A stretch of 64,000 nucleotides of DNA from Alphaproteobacteria bacterium. Its GTDB lineage: Bacteria; Pseudomonadota; Alphaproteobacteria; Rs-D84. Made by a program: the position numbers and the translations under genes. The notes beneath the pieces were generated by a model that worked only from the letters and a program-made list of their open reading frames with translations, made no database searches and had not been told where the DNA came from. Of this stretch, positions 59,113-64,000 are shown in pieces (the stretch's first letter is position 1; the number at the start of each line of letters is the position of its first letter). The stretch lies in contig JAVBUT010000004.1 in NCBI GenBank assembly GCA_031555055.1, positions 13,741 through 77,740 on the forward strand, read 5' to 3'.

Positions 59113-59847
59113 ATGAAGAGAACACTATCTGCAATTTTTGTGGCCGCGGCGTTGTTTGGCGTGCATTTTGACGGGGCTTTTGGCTGGCCATGCCCGGAAC
59201 GCATGTGTTCGTATGAGGAAGTGATTGAGAGATGTGGTGGTTGGTACCCTGATGTGGAATGTGCAATAACGGATATGCTTGAACCTGGCTGTGAAGCGCG
59301 ATACGATGCTTGTAGATGTTATAATAATCTTGATCACATATTTATCTATGGAAAAGGGTGCGTATGCAGGGAGGGTAAATACAGTATATATACTGGTGGA
59401 GAGTGTTATGATTGTCCTGATGGCGGTATGGCTGATTCGGTAAATAATATACGCGGTGTAAGTGGATGTTACAAAACGGGGATCATGCATTCCGATTCAG
59501 CGCATGCAACAGTCGGTCAAATATGTTACAATACTGGTTTTGATAACAATCCTGGTTCTTATTCAAACTGTACTGTTAGTTATATTATTTCTTGTGATCC
59601 TGGGTATTATCGTCCCACGCCAACCAGTCTATCGTGTGTTCCGGTTGGTGGAAATTATTACAGCGTATCGCCATTATCGCGCGCGCTATGCCCGACATAT
59701 ACAAATCCATCCGGTGGTCAGTCATACGGTATTACAACCGGATCCGGAACCGGTGCGGATGCAATAACAGATTGTGCGATACCGCCAACAGAAGTTTTTA
59801 ATGATGGCGTTGGGACTTACAATTATCCGGGATGTTGGTATTCGTAA
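59113..59847 (+). CDS. Secreted Cys-rich protein related in style to the 1123-aa modular protein
   Basis: Start MKRTLSAIFVAAALFGVHFDGAFG (ATG 59113) after GGAG. Dense spaced Cys, with CDPGYYRPTPTSLSC and GADAITDC echoing the CPxGYYC / I.DC elements of 15815..19186. Confidence 0.7.
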   Translation: MKRTLSAIFVAAALFGVHFDGAFGWPCPERMCSYEEVIERCGGWYPDVECAITDMLEPGCEARYDACRCYNNLDHIFIYGKGCVCREGKYSIYTGGECYDCPDGGMADSVNNIRGVSGCYKTGIMHSDSAHATVGQICYNTGFDNNPGSYSNCTVSYIISCDPGYYRPTPTSLSCVPVGGNYYSVSPLSRALCPTYTNPSGGQSYGITTGSGTGADAITDCAIPPTEVFNDGVGTYNYPGCWYS

Positions 59848-59938
59848 AGATTGTTTCGCCCATACTCTGGTCTGCGGCCGCCTATTTTCCAATGGGAAAG
59901 GGATTTTGTTTTCCGTAGTGCGATAAAGTTTTGAGTTC

Positions 59939-60763
59939 TTAAATTGCGATGATGAAAATTTTTAATTTGTTGGCGGTTTTTATGACGTCGGCCTTGTCAA
60001 CGATGAAACATGTTTTTGCATTGACAACGATCCCGCGTAAATTTGCAGCCGCCACAGATTTTACAGTATCGACGCCGATTGCGGCCGCATCAATGCGGAT
60101 GTCCTGACCAGGCTTGGTCATTTTTGCAAACACGCCGGATTTCGTTTGTTTCTTTCTGTTTTTTCGGAACTCGATCACACGGTCCAGCATGCGGTGCGTG
60201 CCTTCGGCCGCTTCGACCGCGATTACCTGTTTATCAACAACGACGGACGCGCCAATGTCTTCGCGGCCCATGACGTGCGATACGTGTACGGCGCGGTCAA
60301 TGTCGCGCTTGTCCGCGGCGGTTGGTTTTAACGTCGTCTGGACACCCGGTTTTTCAAATGCCAATTCCGGCGCCAATGTTTGTGCGGCAACCACAGTAAA
60401 CCCCTTTTTTTCAAGTGCATGGATAAAAGACACGGCCATAGAATCATATCCACGCTGGTTTTTCATGACGGACAGCAGAATGCTGATCGACCAGAAATCC
60501 GGCCAAATATCGCCCAGATTTATATGCCCCAGCGCCCCGACAAAGGTCAGCTTTTTTATGCCGCGCTTTTTGCATTCGCGTGCCGCCGTGCCGCCACCGC
60601 CCAGGCGTATCACCAAGTCCGGTTTCAGCGCCGGATCATAAAACCCGTGCAGCCCTATTACAAAAACATCCCAGCCCGCGCGCCGCAATGCGTCGCGTGT
60701 CAAAAACGGCAGTTTAAGGGCGCCTGCGAACAATGCGATTTTTTTGTCGTTGTCTTTTTTCAT
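59939..60763 (-). CDS. lpxI: UDP-2,3-diacylglucosamine pyrophosphatase LpxI (DUF1009)
   Basis: Start MKKDNDKKIALFAGALKLPF (ATG 60763). The N-terminal iAG.g.lP pattern and the C-terminal DIRIDAAAIGVDTV...ANLRGIVVNA... block fit LpxI. Confidence 0.75.
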   Translation of the reverse strand: MKKDNDKKIALFAGALKLPFLTRDALRRAGWDVFVIGLHGFYDPALKPDLVIRLGGGGTAARECKKRGIKKLTFVGALGHINLGDIWPDFWSISILLSVMKNQRGYDSMAVSFIHALEKKGFTVVAAQTLAPELAFEKPGVQTTLKPTAADKRDIDRAVHVSHVMGREDIGASVVVDKQVIAVEAAEGTHRMLDRVIEFRKNRKKQTKSGVFAKMTKPGQDIRIDAAAIGVDTVKSVAAANLRGIVVNAKTCFIVDKADVIKTANKLKIFIIAI

Positions 60764-60851
60764 TTGTTTAATATTACGCCGAATTCCTGCTGGAATCAAG
60801 TTGGATTTTGTGATAAAATTCAATATAGTGTAAAACAACGGGTTTAAAATA

Positions 60852-61613
60852 ATGAAACGCATATTAAAATCATTTTTCGTTTTTCATCTTTTTTCATTTT
60901 TCATTCTTGCCGCCAACGCCGGGTATGATAACGAGCGTCTGCGCCAGGAAGTCGCAACCGGTCTGGATATCCATGTCGCAAACGTCAGCGACGGCGGTCC
61001 CGCGCATGGCGAAATGGGTCAGGAAGTCTATCAGTCCGCAAATTCCCAGGATCGGCGCGACTATTCTGTCTATATTCCAAACACGATGTATGTTCGTGGC
61101 GGCGCGGGAATGAATCTGGGGTTCTTGTCCAGCGACGCAAAGCAGGGCGATGACAGTGTCGGAATAAAGAACGGCTGGCTGGCCCAGATGGGATTGGGGT
61201 GGAATCTGTCTTCATACGTTCGCACAGAAGTTGATTTCCAGGTTGCGAAATTCGGGTTCGACGATACCGATCTGATTGCGAATTCGCGCGAAATCGGCGG
61301 CACATTGTATTTTGACTTTGCACGCCGATATGTGCGCAGCGGGGATATAACAATACGCCGAACATTCGTGCCATACATGGGGTTGGGCGCGGGCGTCGGC
61401 ATGTATGACTTTGACGGCGCGAACGGTGCGGATGGCGCGTTTATTGCGCCGCGCGGCGTTCTGGGGCTGAACATAATGCTGACCGATCTGATCGGGATCG
61501 ATATCGCGTATCAGTACGAGCTGATGATTGGCGATGGATTCGGATGGAATACATCCGGAACCAGCGTCACCGGTATCAGCAACATAATGACTTCGTTCAG
61601 ATTTAATTTCTAA
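60852..61613 (+). CDS. Outer-membrane beta-barrel protein
   Basis: Signal peptide MKRILKSFFVFHLFSFFILAANA and a C-terminal ...MTSFRFNF. Confidence 0.8.
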   Translation: MKRILKSFFVFHLFSFFILAANAGYDNERLRQEVATGLDIHVANVSDGGPAHGEMGQEVYQSANSQDRRDYSVYIPNTMYVRGGAGMNLGFLSSDAKQGDDSVGIKNGWLAQMGLGWNLSSYVRTEVDFQVAKFGFDDTDLIANSREIGGTLYFDFARRYVRSGDITIRRTFVPYMGLGAGVGMYDFDGANGADGAFIAPRGVLGLNIMLTDLIGIDIAYQYELMIGDGFGWNTSGTSVTGISNIMTSFRFNF

Positions 61614-61616
61614 GGT

Positions 61617-62264
61617 ATGAAAATGAAAAAATATTTCTTGTCTATTATTTCTTGTCTCTGTGTTATTGGTGCGGCAGACGCCACAGTCGTATACAGCGCA
61701 GAGCAGCGCGGCGCGACCGAGGCGCGCGCGGAATCAACCGAAACTTTTGCGTCAGAGCATCGGTTCTATGTCGGCGGCGCGTACAACCTGTCGTTTTGGA
61801 ATGACGGCGCTGATGAAAATGTTTCTGTATCCGGTGGTGATACTTCTTCGTTCGAAGTTATGGCTGGCGTGCGTTTGTGGGATACTTTTCGTCTAGAGGC
61901 GAACTATGCCAGACTGAGCGCGGATTGGGATGCGTTTTCACTGACGGGTGATGCGATAATGGTCAACGCGATCGTGGACGCGCGCATCGACAGTCTGTAC
62001 AGAATTTTTCGTAAACAGACGCTGGTTCCGTATATCGGATTCGGTGCGGGCGTATCGTTTAATTCCGCAGACGGCGCGATCATAGAAAACGAGACGTCGC
62101 CGGTAATGGCCGGAATGTTTGGTATCGCGCTGGAGATGGGTGAACGTTTCGCGCTGGACCTGGGGTATCGGTACATGTATATGTTCACGCCAAAGTTTGA
62201 TGTCATTAATGATTTCGCGCCGACCGCGCACCAGTTGCGTCTGGGGGCACGATTTAATTTTTAA
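61617..62264 (+). CDS. Outer-membrane beta-barrel protein (paralog-like of the preceding gene)
   Basis: Signal peptide MKMKKYFLSIISCLCVIGAADA and a C-terminal ...LRLGARFNF. Shares the YIGFGAGV / YMGLGAGVG strand motif with 60852..61613. Confidence 0.8.
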   Translation: MKMKKYFLSIISCLCVIGAADATVVYSAEQRGATEARAESTETFASEHRFYVGGAYNLSFWNDGADENVSVSGGDTSSFEVMAGVRLWDTFRLEANYARLSADWDAFSLTGDAIMVNAIVDARIDSLYRIFRKQTLVPYIGFGAGVSFNSADGAIIENETSPVMAGMFGIALEMGERFALDLGYRYMYMFTPKFDVINDFAPTAHQLRLGARFNF

Positions 62265-62267
62265 ACG

Positions 62268-63281
62268 ATGAAACAATGTCCATTATTTAACAAGTGTGGC
62301 GGATGCAGATTCGATTTTTCGTCCGATGATTATCGCGAATCAAAATTAAAATTATTGCATGGTTTGCCGATTACAAATGATCCGGTTTGGATTGATACTG
62401 GCAATCGCCGGCGCGGCGACTTTGCGTTCTGTGACGGCGTGTTCGGATTCTTTGAACGCGGCACCAAGAATGTGATTCCGGTTCGAAATTGCCCGGCCAT
62501 GACCGATGCGGTTAATAAAATATTGCCGAATGTCGCCACTATGCCGTGGACCGGCGCCGGCAGCGTTTTGATCACGGAATGCGCGAACGGAATCGATATT
62601 GCGGTGACGTCCGCCGTGCCGTATTTTACATCCGAATTTAAAAAGGCCGCGGATAAATCATCGGCGATACGCATAACATGGAATGGTAAAGTTGTATCAC
62701 AAACCGTGGCGCCAATCATCAGGTTTGGCGACGTAATCGTACCGTATCCAGCGAACGCGTTTCTGCAGCCGAGTGTTGCAGGTGAAAACGCATTGCGAGA
62801 TTTGGTTGTCTGTGCTGCAACTATACCCCCCACCGACGCACGAAACAGTGCCGTCGACTCCCCCGCAGGGGGGGAGTTTATTCATAAGAAAAAAATTGCG
62901 GATTTGTTTTGCGGTCTGGGCGCATTTACGTTTGCATTAAATGCGGATGGTTTTGATATTGATGTGGGTGACAGTGCGTCTGTCGCACGTCCGGGAATGT
63001 TTACCGTGCGCGATTTATTCAAGAAACCGCTGATGGTTCAGAATTTAAAGAAATACGATTGCGTTGTTATGGACCCGCCGCGCGCGGGTGCAATGGAACA
63101 AAGCAAAGAATTGGCAAAATCAGATGTTCCGCGCATTGTGTATGTATCGTGCAATGCGGACACTTTTATGCGCGATTTGGAAATCTTGAAACGTGGCGGA
63201 TATCGCATGACTGCATTGACCCCGGTGGATCAGTTCGTTGGCACAGCGCACTGGGAACTGGTCGGTGTGTTTGAAAAATAA
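62268..63281 (+). CDS. RNA (uracil-5)-methyltransferase, RlmD/TrmA family, without TRAM domain
   Basis: N-terminal CPLFNKCGGCRF Fe-S cluster motif, AdoMet motif DLFCGLGAFT, VVMDPPRAG and the catalytic YVSCNADTFMRDL. Carries an in-frame G/C palindromic unit just before motif I. Confidence 0.82.
   Translation: MKQCPLFNKCGGCRFDFSSDDYRESKLKLLHGLPITNDPVWIDTGNRRRGDFAFCDGVFGFFERGTKNVIPVRNCPAMTDAVNKILPNVATMPWTGAGSVLITECANGIDIAVTSAVPYFTSEFKKAADKSSAIRITWNGKVVSQTVAPIIRFGDVIVPYPANAFLQPSVAGENALRDLVVCAATIPPTDARNSAVDSPAGGEFIHKKKIADLFCGLGAFTFALNADGFDIDVGDSASVARPGMFTVRDLFKKPLMVQNLKKYDCVVMDPPRAGAMEQSKELAKSDVPRIVYVSCNADTFMRDLEILKRGGYRMTALTPVDQFVGTAHWELVGVFEK
62822..62880 (+). repeat. G/C-rich palindromic unit inserted in-frame in the methyltransferase gene
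   Basis: tataccccccaccgacgcacgaaacagtgccgtcgactcccccgcagggggggagttta aligns with 37904..37976 (tatcccccccccaccgcatcg...gcgactccccctcaaggggggagtaatta). Confidence 0.8.
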
Positions 63282-63344
63282 TATCATAAAACTGGACTTT
63301 TTATACATATTTGATACAATTTGCATCGTAATAAAGGGCGCAAA

Positions 63345-63950
63345 ATGGTCTTGAAAAACAAGCTGGATATTAAAAGTCAGGTCGTGCTGAACAAGGCGGA
63401 AGAACAGATCAGCAAACAAAAAGCGAAACTGTTATTTGACAGCGGAAAAATTGATAAAATCAAAGTTGGAACTTTTTCAGGGCTGGCCCAGATTCATAAA
63501 TTTTTATTCGGTGATATTTATGATTTTGCCGGTAAAATCCGCGATGTGAATATTTCCAAAGGGAATTTTCGTTTCGCGCCTTTGATGTATTTGGAACAAT
63601 CGCTGAAGCATATTGATAAAATGCCGCATGGTACATTTGATCAAATTATTGAAAAATATGTCGAAATGAATATCGCGCACCCGTTCCGCGAAGGCAATGG
63701 TCGCGCGACACGCATATGGCTTGATTTAATATTAAAAAAAGAATTAAAAAAAGTTGTCGATTGGGACAAGATTGATAAGGCCGATTACTTGTCCGCGATG
63801 GAGCGCAGTGTTGTAAAAGATGTAGAGATCAAGCAATTGCTAAAAGGTGCGCTGACCGGAAAAATAAACGAACGTGCAGTGTTTATGAAAGGTATAGACG
63901 TCAGCTATTACTATGAAGGTTACGACGAATTTAAAACCGCTGATTTGTAA
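63345..63950 (+). CDS. fic: Fic-domain protein (AMPylase family), class-III-like
   Basis: The Fic motif HPFREGNGRATR (HxFx[DE]GNGRxxR). The C-terminal ...DVSYYYEGYDEF fits the inhibitory [ST]xxxE[GN] motif in a C-terminal helix. ATG 63345 after AAAGGG. Confidence 0.85.
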   Translation: MVLKNKLDIKSQVVLNKAEEQISKQKAKLLFDSGKIDKIKVGTFSGLAQIHKFLFGDIYDFAGKIRDVNISKGNFRFAPLMYLEQSLKHIDKMPHGTFDQIIEKYVEMNIAHPFREGNGRATRIWLDLILKKELKKVVDWDKIDKADYLSAMERSVVKDVEIKQLLKGALTGKINERAVFMKGIDVSYYYEGYDEFKTADL

Positions 63951-64000
63951 TCGAAATCGGTCGGTGTGTTTGAAAAGATTGTAAAACAATTTTTGTCATT

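Overview
This is a 64-kb, gene-dense chromosomal window from a Gram-negative bacterium. Gene content and local synteny suggest an alphaproteobacterium with an intracellular or symbiont-like lifestyle: lptE-holA overlap, a coiled-coil gene next to zapA, lpxI, many small OMP beta-barrels, and SET, Fic and Cys-rich eukaryote-like proteins. That placement is inference only, because no database search was possible. All protein calls rest on motifs I recognise by eye or from memory.

The housekeeping core comprises sodB, lgt, nagZ, lptE, holA, map, radC, zapA, rpmB, clpB, an msbA-like ABC exporter, rpsU, parC, rpmG, a cyclophilin, gap, miaA, priA, lpxI and an RlmD-like methyltransferase. There are 7 tRNAs (Thr-UGU, Ser-UGA, Leu-CAA, Ala-UGC, Leu-UAG, Glu-UUC, Asp-GUC). 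Five of them have near-consensus sigma70 promoters.

Accessory content:
- A visibly AT-richer stretch between tRNA-Glu and tRNA-Asp carries an HExxH protein and a BglII-like type II R-M pair.
- There is a 1123-aa Cys-rich modular surface protein and two smaller Cys-rich proteins.
- There is a three-gene envelope operon of unknown function, an orphan VirB11-like ATPase and a class-III-like Fic protein.

The most unusual property of the window is its load of small structured repeats that sit inside open reading frames without breaking them:
- A 423-bp DUF559 endonuclease cassette with 41/42-matching terminal inverted repeats is inserted in-frame in priA.
- A G/C-rich palindromic unit is found in-frame in lgt and the RlmD-like gene, with a related mini-palindrome in priA, and occurs as an inverted pair in an intergenic region.
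- Heptanucleotide tandem arrays occur in cvpA and priA.
- Palindromic elements of about 105-110 bp abut three stop codons.

Other points of interest are serial tRNA 3'-end duplications at tRNA-Leu and tRNA-Glu, a clpB interrupted by one in-frame TAA, an A11-tract frameshift in a thioredoxin-like gene, a decayed GIY-YIG gene, and three leader-like structured RNAs that share an architecture.
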